A DNA stretch of 62,662 bases, filler included, from Limisphaerales bacterium (GCA_044225505.1; 3 parts of 3 records of this genome joined end to end with filler, not necessarily neighbours in it), one strand, 5' to 3'. Positions 20,478 through 29,965 are shown, counted from the first letter of the whole stretch. A program made the numbers and translations. The notes: generated by a model not told the origin, from the sequence alone.

Positions 20478-20528
20478 GGCGCAAAACTAGCAATGGCCGA
20501 GCGAGCAAACAAGTCTCCCGTCCACCGG

Positions 20529-21254
20529 CTACCGTCGACCGTCATACCAAGTGGGGCAGGAGTCTCGTTGGCGCAGCGTGCTGGCAGGTTTGAGGAGGCA
20601 ACGAGTAAAGAACCGGAGATGCTCAAGGCGCGAGTAGAGATGTAGTTTGCGAGCGGAAGTCACGACGGGGTGTCGGTGTAAGATCTGTATAGCCCGGCCC
20701 TCGGTATGAGCAAGTTTCTTGAGGCGCTTGAACAGGTCGATCTCTTCGGAAGCGAACAGGTCTTGGTTGAATCCACCTACGTGGCGGAAGGCTCGCGCTT
20801 CACAATAAATGAACGAGCCCGCGGCCCAACCGGTGAGGCGGCTAAGCCCATTCCAGCTTCGAGTCAGCGCGGAACCGATCCAATGATGCTCGTCCAGGCG
20901 AATGGTGCAACCGCCCGCCAAGACCTTCCCACTGCGAATTACATCTGCGACTTCGCCGAACAATCCGGCACTTGGATGCGTGTCCGCATCAATAAAGACC
21001 AGCCATTCGCCGCTGGCGGCCGTGGCCCCCCGATTGCGTGCCCGCCCGATTTGATTAACCGGCTCGAAAACCACCTTGGCGCCAGCGCCACGTGCCAAGT
21101 CTGCCGTTCGGTCCGTGGAGTTGTTGTCGCACACGATAACTTCGTGCTGCCACCCGCATGCGGTCAGAGCCTTCGTGGCTTCCGTGACCTGTTGGAGGGA
21201 AGCTCCGATCAGCTTCTCCTCGTTGTAGGCCGGTACGACGATAGATAATTTCAC
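20529..21254 (-). CDS. Glycosyltransferase family 2
   Basis: LSIVVPAYNEE, DNNSTD, ARNRGA, FIDAD, GGF..EE, TSARK; GTG start assumed. Confidence 0.9.
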   Translation of the reverse strand: MKLSIVVPAYNEEKLIGASLQQVTEATKALTACGWQHEVIVCDNNSTDRTADLARGAGAKVVFEPVNQIGRARNRGATAASGEWLVFIDADTHPSAGLFGEVADVIRSGKVLAGGCTIRLDEHHWIGSALTRSWNGLSRLTGWAAGSFIYCEARAFRHVGGFNQDLFASEEIDLFKRLKKLAHTEGRAIQILHRHPVVTSARKLHLYSRLEHLRFFTRCLLKPASTLRQRDSCPTWYDGRR

Positions 21255-21368
21255 CGACGCGAATGTCCAGGAAGTCCAGAGAGACTTCAACAGGATTGTC
21301 GTTCTGCCGCCGGGCGGAAGATGTTGCCGTTGACCGGACGACGAATCTGAAAGCCGGTGCAGCGTTCC

Positions 21369-21402
21369 AAAAGAAAACGGGCGGGAGCTGACTCCCGCCC
21401 GT
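21369..21402 (-). terminator. Intrinsic terminator
   Basis: Perfect 11-bp stem ACGGGCGGGAG/CTCCCGCCCGT with a T-rich tail on the minus strand, just after the Gfo gene. Confidence 0.85.
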
Positions 21403-21425
21403 GCGATTGATTCGAAGGAATTGAA

Positions 21426-22859
21426 TCAGCCCGCGTTGACGCTCCAACCGTCTCGGTAATCACGGCGAACGTATTTGGCCGCTTCCGGAGCATTCTTGGC
21501 GCGCATGCCTGGGCCATCCCATTCGAGCTTCTTGCCGACGCGCATGGCGACGCACCCCAGCAGAATGATCTCGGTCAGGTAGGCTGCCGTATCGAAGTTC
21601 GAGTAGCTCGGCTTACCCGTCTTGCACGCTTCAATCCACTCCAGGTGTTGGCGCTTGTCTGCGTCACCTTGAAACTCGTTACGCGGAATGGTCTGAGGAA
21701 CTGCCTTAACCGCTTCGTGCTGATCTCCTGGGGTCAGTCCTTTTTCATCGTTCAGTTTGATGAAGAATCGGGCGCCATAATCGTCGGGGGAGAAGATCTT
21801 GCCTTTGTCTCCAACGAGTAGACAACCGCTGATTGGCACATCTTCCATCAAGTCGGTAATCTCTGTGGTCAATTCTGAGTAAGGCTGCAACCCGCCATCG
21901 TACCAAGTGAACGCCAGCGGCACCAGACCTTCACGCTCCGGAAACTCGAAGCGAATCTCCGACGCTGCAGGATACGTCTCCTTGTTATCGCGGGCGCGGC
22001 TCTGCGTGGACAACTTCGAGATGCGCGCCTCGATGCTGCTCGGGAATCCGAGTTTGAGCGCGCGGAACGGCATGTTGACCGTGTGGCAAGCCATGTCGCC
22101 TAAAGCGCCGGTTCCAAAATCGTACCAACCGCGCCAGGCAAAGTCGTGATAAACCTTCTTCTTATAAGGCCGCATCGGCGCCGGGCCGATCCACAAGTCC
22201 CAGTCGAGCGTATCAGGAACCGGATCTTCACCTTCCGGACGGCCAATTCCCTGCGGCCAGATTGCGCGGTTGGACCAAACATGTAGCTGGCGAACTGACC
22301 CGATAACTCCGGCTTGGACCACTTCCACGGCTCGGCGCAATCCGTTTTCAGCGCTGCCTTGGTTACCCATCTGGGTCGCCAGTTTCTTTTCCTTGGAAAG
22401 TTGACGCATGATCCGGGCTTCGTAAACAGACTGGACAAGAGGCTTCTGACAATAGACCGCTTTGCCCAGCTTCATCGCCATAACACTCGCTGGAGCGTGG
22501 TGATGATCCGGCGTGGCGACGATGACCGCGTCGATGTTGTTGGCGATCTCATCGAACATCTTGCGGTAATCTTTGAACGTCTTGGCGCCGGGATACTTTT
22601 GTAAGCGGGACTTCAGCGTGTTGTCGTCCACGTCGCAGAGAGCGTAAATGTTCTCGCCGGCGCAATGATCGGTGTCGCTCGCTCCTTTGCCACCTGCGCC
22701 AATCACAGCGATGTTCTATTTGCTGTTGGGTGATTGGGCTCGCAGAAAAGCGGGCGCGGCCAAGGCGGTTCCAAGACCGAGTGCAGAGTATCTTAAAAAC
22801 TGGCGCCGGTGGATTAGCTTTTGAGGCTCCAGCGGCGTAGCGCTTGATGGAGTTGACAT
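21426..22859 (-). CDS. Gfo/Idh/MocA oxidoreductase, Tat-exported, with an in-frame TAG at codon 48 (error or pseudogene)
   Basis: MSTPSS...IHRRQFLRYSALG...AQSPNSK*NIAVIGAGGKG, TAG at 22716-22718; the rest is intact (TPDHHH, YCQKP, GDMACH). Confidence 0.88.
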
Positions 22860-22968
22860 GAATAATCCCTACGCGCCAAGGCCCTTTCAGACAAGGAGTT
22901 TTTTACCGCCCAACGTCGTGCCAGAGGGCCCTGAACTTCCAAATCGGTCAGCAACCTCTTTGAGCCGA

Positions 22969-22996
22969 TTGACAGGCCCGGTGCAGTCGCTATATT
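22969..22996 (+). promoter_or_regulatory. Putative sigma-70 promoter of asd
   Basis: TTGACA, 16 nt, TATATT; ATG 11 nt downstream. Confidence 0.55.
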
Positions 22997-23007
22997 CGGG
23001 CCCCTTT

Positions 23008-24009
23008 ATGAACCGTAGCCCTCATGTGGCAGTGGTCGGTGCAACGGGCGCCGTTGGCATCGAGATGATCAAAACGCTCGAAAAGCGGAACTTTCCGGTC
23101 AGCACGTTGACGTTGCTGGCCTCCGCTCGCTCGGTTGGCAAGACGCTGACGTATAAGAAAAGCCAGGTTACGGTTAAAGAACTCACGAAGGATGCGTTCC
23201 GAGGCATCGATATCGCCCTGTTCAGCGCGGGCGGAAGTATCTCCAAGGAATTTGCGCCGCTGGCCGCCAAGGCAGGGTGTGTGGTGGTCGATAATTCCAG
23301 CGCCTTCCGGATGGATGAGACAGTGCCACTCGTGGTGCCTGAGATTAACGCGTCCGACGTCAGTTGGCACAAGGGGATCATCGCGAACCCTAACTGCACG
23401 ACGGCCATCACCTTGATGGCGCTCTACCCTTTGCACCAGGCGTTCGGAGGAAGCGGATTTTTGCGTCGAGCTACCAAGCTGTCTCTGGTACGGGCGCCAA
23501 GGCCATCGAAGAGCTGCGCCGGCAGGTTGGCCAGATCGTTCGGGTCAACCCGTGACGCGCGAAGTTTATCCTCATCAAATTGCTTTCAACGTCCTCCGCA
23601 GGTCGACTCCTTCCTGCCTTCTGGATACACGAAGGAGGAAATGAAGATGCAGAATGAAGGCCGCAAAATCATGCATCACCCTGGCTTTCTGGCGAGCGTC
23701 ACTTGCGTGCGCGTTCCCTTCATCGCTTCCCATTCCGTAGCCGTCAGCGCCGAATTCCAGAAGCCGGTGACAGTCGAATCCGCGCGCGAGGTGCTCAAGA
23801 AAGCACCAGGCTTGGATATTGTCGATACGCCCGAAAAATCGGAATATCCTTTACCGCTTTACACCGCGGAAAAGGACAATTGCCAGGTCGGTCGTTTGCG
23901 CATGGACTGTGCCATGGAGAATGGCCTCTGTTTCTGGGTCTCCGGCGACCAACTGCTCAAAGGGGCTGCTTTGAACGCGGTCCAGATTGCCGAGGAGTTA
24001 ATCAAGTAA
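23008..24009 (+). CDS. asd: Aspartate-semialdehyde dehydrogenase with three compensating frameshifts
   Basis: VVGATGAVG, LFSAG, DNSSAFRM, IIANPNCTT, CVRVP, DQLLKGAALNAVQIAE; SYQAVSGTG and YPHQIAFNV lie in alternative frames. Confidence 0.93.
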   Translation: MNRSPHVAVVGATGAVGIEMIKTLEKRNFPVSTLTLLASARSVGKTLTYKKSQVTVKELTKDAFRGIDIALFSAGGSISKEFAPLAAKAGCVVVDNSSAFRMDETVPLVVPEINASDVSWHKGIIANPNCTTAITLMALYPLHQAFGGSGFLRRATKLSLVRAPRPSKSCAGRLARSFGSTRDARSLSSSNCFQRPPQVDSFLPSGYTKEEMKMQNEGRKIMHHPGFLASVTCVRVPFIASHSVAVSAEFQKPVTVESAREVLKKAPGLDIVDTPEKSEYPLPLYTAEKDNCQVGRLRMDCAMENGLCFWVSGDQLLKGAALNAVQIAEELIK

Positions 24010-24024
24010 CGGTCGAGCCGCCTT

Positions 24025-24413
24025 TCAGTGCGATGCGGTCGATGACTTGGCCGCATCCAGTTCGGTCGTTCCCTCGAGCAGCTTGTAGCCCCAACTCCGG
24101 GGCGCAAGTTTCCTGGGCCGTTTCCCATGTCGATTCGCTCCGGCTAATGCTGCGTATTCCAGTTCAGTCTGCGCGGATGCAGCGCGCAGCAAAAGCCCGC
24201 CAGGAAAGCCCAACGGCGGCTGGGCGAAGGCTTTTGCATACGTGCCTTTGCCGCGAAAGTAGAGACCGCTCAAAAGCTGAAAACCTCGCCCAAAGGGACT
24301 TCGTCGTTGGAGCGGAGTCCGCAGGCCAGATGGAATCGGGCGGCCGGATTGTCGACCAGGCGCGCGCGTTCTCCGGTCGTTTTTGCAGGGGATAGCAGGA
24401 ATATCTGGCGCAT
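24025..24413 (-). pseudogene. Conserved hypothetical protein, frameshifted and internally deleted
   Basis: MRQIFLLSPAKTTGERARL...LGEVFSF / LSGLYFRGK..YA..FA.PP...GG|LLLRAA..ELEY...GA.RHGKRPRKL; one T missing at 24271-24275; family recalled from memory. Confidence 0.6.
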
Positions 24414-24553
24414 ACCCCGTTAGTATATCACGTGAGTTGACGCGGGATGGGCTCTTGAAAACCCATCAGGGCGACCGGTGCAGGCTTGTATCTGGGAGTT
24501 CCGCGCGGTATGGAATGAAGTCGACACCGAGCCGCATTGTTCGTTTTCAAGCT

Positions 24554-27500
24554 ATGAAGCGTATTTACTCAGCTTGCCTCAAGAGTTGCGTGTTCCTAAT
24601 GGTCTTCGCTTTCGGGGCGGTATCGTTGTTGTTCGCCGCAGAGCCGACGGCTCCTGTTCGGTTGTGGGAAGAGACGCTCACGCTGCCGACTTATGAGGTC
24701 GCTCCTGCCGACCCGAATCCAAGGTTTTACCAGGGGCGAACGTATCAAGGAGCTCGCGCCACGTTTTACCCGTACCCGGTGATGGACAAGCTGACCGATC
24801 AGAAAGTCGACCGAGGCTATCGCGCGGTCTTTCTCGAGAACGAATTCATCAAAGTATCTGTCTTGCCGGAGTTGGGTGGACGAATTTTTTCGGCGACCGA
24901 CAAGAGCAACGGCTACGATTTCTTCTACCGCCAGCATGTGATCAAGCCCGCGCTGATCGGGATGCTAGGGGCCTGGATTTCCGGCGGCGTCGAGTGGAAC
25001 GTTCCGCATCACCACCGCGCCAGCAGCTTTATGCCGGTCGATTTTACATGCCGGACGAACGCGGATGGAAGCAAGACAGTCTGGGTGGGCGAGACGGAGT
25101 TACGCCATGGGCTAAAGTGGCTGGTCGGTTTAACCCTGTTTCCTGACCGGAACTTCATTGAGATGACCATGCGGGTTTTCAATCCCACACCGATGAGTCA
25201 TCCCATTCTCTTCTGGATTAATCCAGCGGTGCATGCCAATGAGCATTACCAAGTTCTTTTCCCCCCTGGAACGGAGTGGACGGTCCAACATGGAAAGCCA
25301 GAATTTGCAAGCTGGCCTGTGGCTAAGCAAATCTACGGAGGCACGGACTACACGCGCGGCGTGGACATCTCGTGGTGGAAAAATCATCCCTCGCCCGTCT
25401 CGTTCTTTGCCTGGAAGTGTGAGGAGGACTGGTTCGGTGGCTACGATCACGGAAAGCAAGCTGGAGTGCTGCAATGGTCCGACCACCATATGGCGCCCGG
25501 GAAGAAGTTCTTTGAATGGGGCAACGGTCCTGAGGGCGCTATGTGGACAGATATTTTGAGTGACTCGGATGGCCCCTATCTTGAGTTAATGGCCGGCGCC
25601 TGGTCGGACAATCAGCCGGATTATAGCTGGTTGGAGCCAGGACAAACTCGAGAATGGAAGCATTGGTGGTACCCCATTCGCGGGCTCGGCGGAGTAAAGC
25701 TCGCAAATCGCGATGCGGCCCTCAACTTGGAGATCACCAACGGCGTCGCTCAGATCGCGTTGAATTCAACCAAGCCATTCGACAGCAGTCGTCTCTTCGT
25801 CCAGGCAAACTCCAAAACCATCTTCGAAAAGCGCATCGACCTCGATCCGCTCCGGAGCCTTCACGAAGAAGTCTTGCTGGAAAGAAATGTCGTTCCCGAA
25901 CAGGTGCGGGTGACCGTGCAAAGTCGGACGGGTGAAGAAATCCTGGCGTATCAACCTGCCAAGCCGAAAGGCTCGCCCCGTCCTAAGGCTGTGGAACGGC
26001 CCAAGTCGCCCAAAGATTATGCGAGCAGCGACGAACTCTATTACACGGGCCAGCGCATCGAACAGCTTTACAGCCCAGCGTTTGAGCCCAGCCCGTACTA
26101 TCTCGAGATCCTGGCGCGAGACCCTGGCGACTGCCGTGCCAACACCGCGATGGGCATCCTCGCCTGCCGCCAATGGGATTGGGCCCAGGCCGCTCGCTAT
26201 CTGAGCAATGCGCTCGCTCGCGCCACCGCTAATGACGTTCGCCCCAAAGACGGCGAAGCGTTCTACTACTTAGGCTTGGCGCTCGAAAATACGGGGGCGA
26301 CCGAGGCAGCGGTCGACGCTTATCAGAGGGCAGCCTGGACTCCCGGTTGGGCAGGACCTGCCTTTCAGGAACTAGCCCAGATCGACTCGCAACGAGGTCG
26401 ATATGACGATGCCTCAGATCATCTGGAACGTTGTCTCGCGTTGCGCGCGCGTGACCCTCAAGCGCTCGCTTTCAAAACCACGCTTTTACGCCGCCGGGCG
26501 CATCTCCTGGAAGCAACCGAATTGGCGAAGTCAATTTTGGAGATCGATCCACTCTCGGCCCGCTCTTGGAACGAGCTTTACCTTTGCCAGAGACAAATGG
26601 GTCTCGTCTCGGAAGCGAACCAAACTCAGGAGCACCTCCAGACTGTGACTCGCGGCGAGCCTCAATCGATTCTGGAACTCGGCCTGGGCTATGCGGCCGA
26701 AGGCTTCTGGGACGAGGCTACACAGGTTCTTCACCAAGCTAAAACCGTTGGTGCCATGTCCCCGATGCTTCTTTATGCCAGGGCTTTTTTCGATACCCAG
26801 CTCGGGCGCTCCGTTGACGCGAAGAAAACGTATGCCCTGGCCGCCAAGCTCGACCCCGGCTTTTGTTTTCCGAGTCGCTATCAGGAAGTCGTCGTTCTGC
26901 GTCACGCCTTGGAACAAGACCCAACCGACGCTCGCGCCGCATATTATCTGGGGAATGCCTACTATGATCGCCAGCCGGAGCTAGCGATCGGATTTTGGGA
27001 AAAGGCGCGTGACGGTGAACCGAAGCTAGCTTTGGTCCACCGAAATCTAGGTTTGGCTTACGCACAGCACGGGCATGATGTGCCCAAGGCCATCACCAGC
27101 CTGGAAAAAGCGGTCGAGCTTGACCCGAAAAACGCCCGGTTGCTTTATGAGTTAGACGTGCAATACGAGGCGGCAGGGACTGCCTTGCGCACGCGGTTAA
27201 ACCGTCTGATCGAGAGCCGCGACGCGGTCGAACAGCGAGACGACGCCATGACGCGCTTCATCGTCCTGCTGATCGCGGATGGGCATGCGCAGGACGCACT
27301 TCGATTCCTGCGCGAGCGCCACTTCCACAATTGGGAGGGAAGCGGCGAACTTCATGATGTTTATGTGAACGCCTGCCTGGTCGCTGGCCGCCAGTACTTG
27401 GCCGGGGGTGAACCGGCCCTGGCCTTGGAGAAGTTTCAGGCCGCGTTGGAGTACCCGCGCAACCAAGAGGTCGGAAAGCCCGTTCACCCGCGGCGCGTCT

Positions 27501-27916
27501 CGGAAATCTATTACGAAATCGGGGAAGCTCAACGCGTCCTGGGCGCCTCGGACCTCGCTACGACGGCCTACCAGCAAGCCTCAGCCGCCGCGGATTCAGG
27601 ACTTTCTGAAGGTTTTTACTATAGAGCGTTAGCGCTGCAAAAGGTGGGGAAGGCCGAGGAAGCCTCCCGTCTGTTTGACAATTTGGTCCGTTCCGGGCGC
27701 AAGCAACTGGACCGGAACAGTGAATCGACGGACTACTTCGCGAAGTTCGGGGAAAAGCGTGCCGAACGTCTACGGCTTGCGCAGGGCCATTTTTTGGTTG
27801 GTTTAGGCCTTCTAGGACAAGGAGACAAAGGTGCCGGTGCCTGTTTTGTTAAAGCGTGGGAGCTGAATCCGGCGCATACCGGTGCGCTTTCTATGCAAGC
27901 TGCTTCGGGGCAATGA
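24554..27916 (+). CDS. Secreted DUF5107 domain plus multi-TPR protein
   Basis: Signal peptide; LENEFIKVSVLPELGGRI, VIKPALIG..GAWISGGVEWN, PGKKFFEWG, GPYLELMAG..SDNQPD; long TPR region. Confidence 0.88.
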   Translation: MKRIYSACLKSCVFLMVFAFGAVSLLFAAEPTAPVRLWEETLTLPTYEVAPADPNPRFYQGRTYQGARATFYPYPVMDKLTDQKVDRGYRAVFLENEFIKVSVLPELGGRIFSATDKSNGYDFFYRQHVIKPALIGMLGAWISGGVEWNVPHHHRASSFMPVDFTCRTNADGSKTVWVGETELRHGLKWLVGLTLFPDRNFIEMTMRVFNPTPMSHPILFWINPAVHANEHYQVLFPPGTEWTVQHGKPEFASWPVAKQIYGGTDYTRGVDISWWKNHPSPVSFFAWKCEEDWFGGYDHGKQAGVLQWSDHHMAPGKKFFEWGNGPEGAMWTDILSDSDGPYLELMAGAWSDNQPDYSWLEPGQTREWKHWWYPIRGLGGVKLANRDAALNLEITNGVAQIALNSTKPFDSSRLFVQANSKTIFEKRIDLDPLRSLHEEVLLERNVVPEQVRVTVQSRTGEEILAYQPAKPKGSPRPKAVERPKSPKDYASSDELYYTGQRIEQLYSPAFEPSPYYLEILARDPGDCRANTAMGILACRQWDWAQAARYLSNALARATANDVRPKDGEAFYYLGLALENTGATEAAVDAYQRAAWTPGWAGPAFQELAQIDSQRGRYDDASDHLERCLALRARDPQALAFKTTLLRRRAHLLEATELAKSILEIDPLSARSWNELYLCQRQMGLVSEANQTQEHLQTVTRGEPQSILELGLGYAAEGFWDEATQVLHQAKTVGAMSPMLLYARAFFDTQLGRSVDAKKTYALAAKLDPGFCFPSRYQEVVVLRHALEQDPTDARAAYYLGNAYYDRQPELAIGFWEKARDGEPKLALVHRNLGLAYAQHGHDVPKAITSLEKAVELDPKNARLLYELDVQYEAAGTALRTRLNRLIESRDAVEQRDDAMTRFIVLLIADGHAQDALRFLRERHFHNWEGSGELHDVYVNACLVAGRQYLAGGEPALALEKFQAALEYPRNQEVGKPVHPRRVSEIYYEIGEAQRVLGASDLATTAYQQASAAADSGLSEGFYYRALALQKVGKAEEASRLFDNLVRSGRKQLDRNSESTDYFAKFGEKRAERLRLAQGHFLVGLGLLGQGDKGAGACFVKAWELNPAHTGALSMQAASGQ

Positions 27917-27979
27917 GATAGCCAAGAGCCGACGAACTCCCGAGACCAGCGCACGTCTCCCGACCCTGTGTCGCTCGAC

Positions 27980-28034
27980 CCGCACGCTAACCGCACGCTA
28001 ACCGCACGCTAACCGCACGCTAACCGCACGCTAA
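27980..28034. repeat. Perfect tandem repeat (CCGCACGCTAA)x5
   Basis: Five identical 11-bp units with no spacers, intergenic. Confidence 0.97.
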
Positions 28035-28317
28035 CGTGGGATCCGCGTGGGTTCAGGGTGGGGGAGTCGTGCATCTGAATTGGATCTTGCCCAAACCCAA
28101 TTCTAAGCGGTCACGGTTGCTTTCTGCCTTGCAAGAGCCGCTTCGAAGCGCCTGTTTGGCCAACGCTCCTGACGTTGATGGCCTGATAGTAAAATCCCCA
28201 GTTACGATTCCACAAAACGCTTGAAGCACCCTTTGATTTCACTAGTCTGAATTGTGGAGCAAGCCTTCCAGGTTCTGCACCGACACGAATCGCGTTAACA
28301 AGTTAAGCCAAACAATT

Positions 28318-29508
28318 ATGTCCAATCGACCTCTGAATGTGGGTTTGGTGGGCGGAGGCAAAGGCGCCTTCATCGTCAATCCTCACCAAAAAGCCATTCA
28401 CTTCGACGGCACCCGACGTGTTACCGCCGGGGCGCTTTTCCCTGACCCGAAAATCGCGCTCGAAGAAGCCGCCAACTGGCCCTACCCAATCAAAGGCTAC
28501 GGCTCCTATGACGAAATGATCAAGGCCCAGGCCTCCGCGCCGGCCAACGAGAAGCTGGACTATATCCTCATCGTGACGCCCAATTTCGTTCATTTCGACC
28601 CGGCCATGAAGGCGTTGGAAGCGGGGATTCCCGTCTTCTGCGAAAAGCCCCTGACCGTGACCCTGGAGGAAGCCGAAAAGCTGGTCAAGAAGGTCAAGGA
28701 GAAGAAGATACCTTTCGCTTTGGCTCACACTTACTTGGGCCATTGGACAACCCGATTTAGCCGATACATCGTTCGCTCTGGGCTGCTCGGCGAAGTCCGC
28801 TGGGTGGATTCCTACTATCTCCAAGGCTGGTTGGCCACTAAGCTGGAGGATACGGGCCAACAACAAGCGTCCTGGCGCGTCGATCCCAAGAAAGCGGGCG
28901 GCTCGGGTTGCGGTGGCGATATTGGCACCCACGCGTTAATGCAGCTGCGTTACGTCACCGGGTTGGAAATCTCCGATATCTCCGCCAACCTGGAGATCTT
29001 TGTAAAAGGCCGTCCGATCGACGATCATTTTACGGCCTACTGCCATCTGAACAACGGCGCTCGCGCCTTGGTGCGAGCTTCGCAGATCTCGGTCGGTCAT
29101 CTCAACGACCTTGGAATCGAAGTGAACGGCACGAAGGGCACCTTGCGTTGGAGACAGGAAGACCCCGAAGTGGTGCGTATTTCGCTCATGGGCCAGCCAG
29201 ACCGCGTCTACTATCGCGGTGCGGTAGCGCCCGGCGACGGTTTCCTGCCCAAGGATGTGCCTGCCGATCTCATGGCGGAGCCGACGATACCTTCGGGACA
29301 TCCCGAAGCCTTCCACGATGCATTCGCCCGGTTGCACCGGTGCTTTGAGGCCGATGTGCGTGCCTACCAAGCGGGCAAGCCGTTCGCGACGGACGGTTCG
29401 AAGTACGCCACGGTCGAGGACGGCTGGACGGGAATGGCCTTCCTTCAAACCTGCCTCGATTCGAATTCGAAGAAAGGCGCTTGGACGCCGATGCCGAAAC
29501 TGGGCTGA
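28318..29508 (+). CDS. Gfo/Idh/MocA oxidoreductase, cytoplasmic
   Basis: GLVGGGKGAFI, VTPNFVH, FCEKP, YLQGWL, GDIGTHA, GHPEAF; no signal peptide. Confidence 0.92.
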   Translation: MSNRPLNVGLVGGGKGAFIVNPHQKAIHFDGTRRVTAGALFPDPKIALEEAANWPYPIKGYGSYDEMIKAQASAPANEKLDYILIVTPNFVHFDPAMKALEAGIPVFCEKPLTVTLEEAEKLVKKVKEKKIPFALAHTYLGHWTTRFSRYIVRSGLLGEVRWVDSYYLQGWLATKLEDTGQQQASWRVDPKKAGGSGCGGDIGTHALMQLRYVTGLEISDISANLEIFVKGRPIDDHFTAYCHLNNGARALVRASQISVGHLNDLGIEVNGTKGTLRWRQEDPEVVRISLMGQPDRVYYRGAVAPGDGFLPKDVPADLMAEPTIPSGHPEAFHDAFARLHRCFEADVRAYQAGKPFATDGSKYATVEDGWTGMAFLQTCLDSNSKKGAWTPMPKLG

Positions 29509-29529
29509 TTCCACTCGCTTAAGAAGTTC

Positions 29530-29582
29530 CGTTCGCCGCGTGGCGAGCCACCGATTGGCTCGAACGCGGCGAACGTGTTTTT
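29530..29582 (+). terminator. Long GC hairpin with T tail (terminator)
   Basis: CGTTCGCCGCGT-gg-CGAGCCA-ccgat-TGGCTCG-a-ACGCGGCGAACG-TGTTTTT. Confidence 0.75.
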
Positions 29583-29863
29583 GGGGCTGCGCGACGAGAC
29601 TGTCGGCGACTTGGCGAGCGCGGTAATGGAACGGCTTGAGCCGAGTGGACGCTGGTATTCCACCCCGGAAAGGTGGTGCGTCTAAGCCGGCGCGCTGCTG
29701 GTCCATGGCAGAATGACCATCTGGTGACGAATCGTCCCCAAACCGTTGGAGTCTGCCTGAGCACGGTTTCTCTGATCCCCAGCTGGTGAACGTTCCACAC
29801 CGTCCGACGGGGTGGTATCCGCTCGAGAATCGGCGCCGTGGGCGATCGCTGTCAAAAAGGGGT

Positions 29864-29888
29864 TGTTACCTTTTGCGCCCCTTGCCGA
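29864..29888 (+). promoter_or_regulatory. Putative ECF promoter TGTTACC-N14-CCGA
   Basis: Same bipartite motif and spacing as at 53496 and 55306; 13 nt before ATG 29902. Confidence 0.5.
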
Positions 29889-29901
29889 TTACAGGTGAAA
29901 C

Positions 29902-29965
29902 ATGAACGGATTGGAGTTGTTGAACGAATACCGTGATCGCCACTCGGACCAGGCGTTTACCGAGA
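29902..29965 (+). CDS. N-terminus of a probable ECF sigma factor, cut by the gap
   Basis: MNGLELLNEYRDRHSDQAFTE resembles the LL-x-EY...S-x-x-AF-x-EL start of verrucomicrobial ECFs; only 21 codons visible. Confidence 0.55.

Noticed and set aside
22716..22718. Pyrrolysine or stop-codon reassignment at the in-frame TAG
   Set aside because: No pyl genes are visible, TAG ends other genes here normally (yebC, YceI, kinase), the position expects Leu, and nearby sequence is error-rich.
23445..23600. Programmed ribosomal frameshifting in asd
   Set aside because: Three shifts would be needed, with no slippery heptamer or stimulatory structure; sequencing indels are simpler.
27980..28034. CRISPR array
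   Set aside because: The 11-bp units have no spacers and no cas genes are present; this is a simple tandem repeat.
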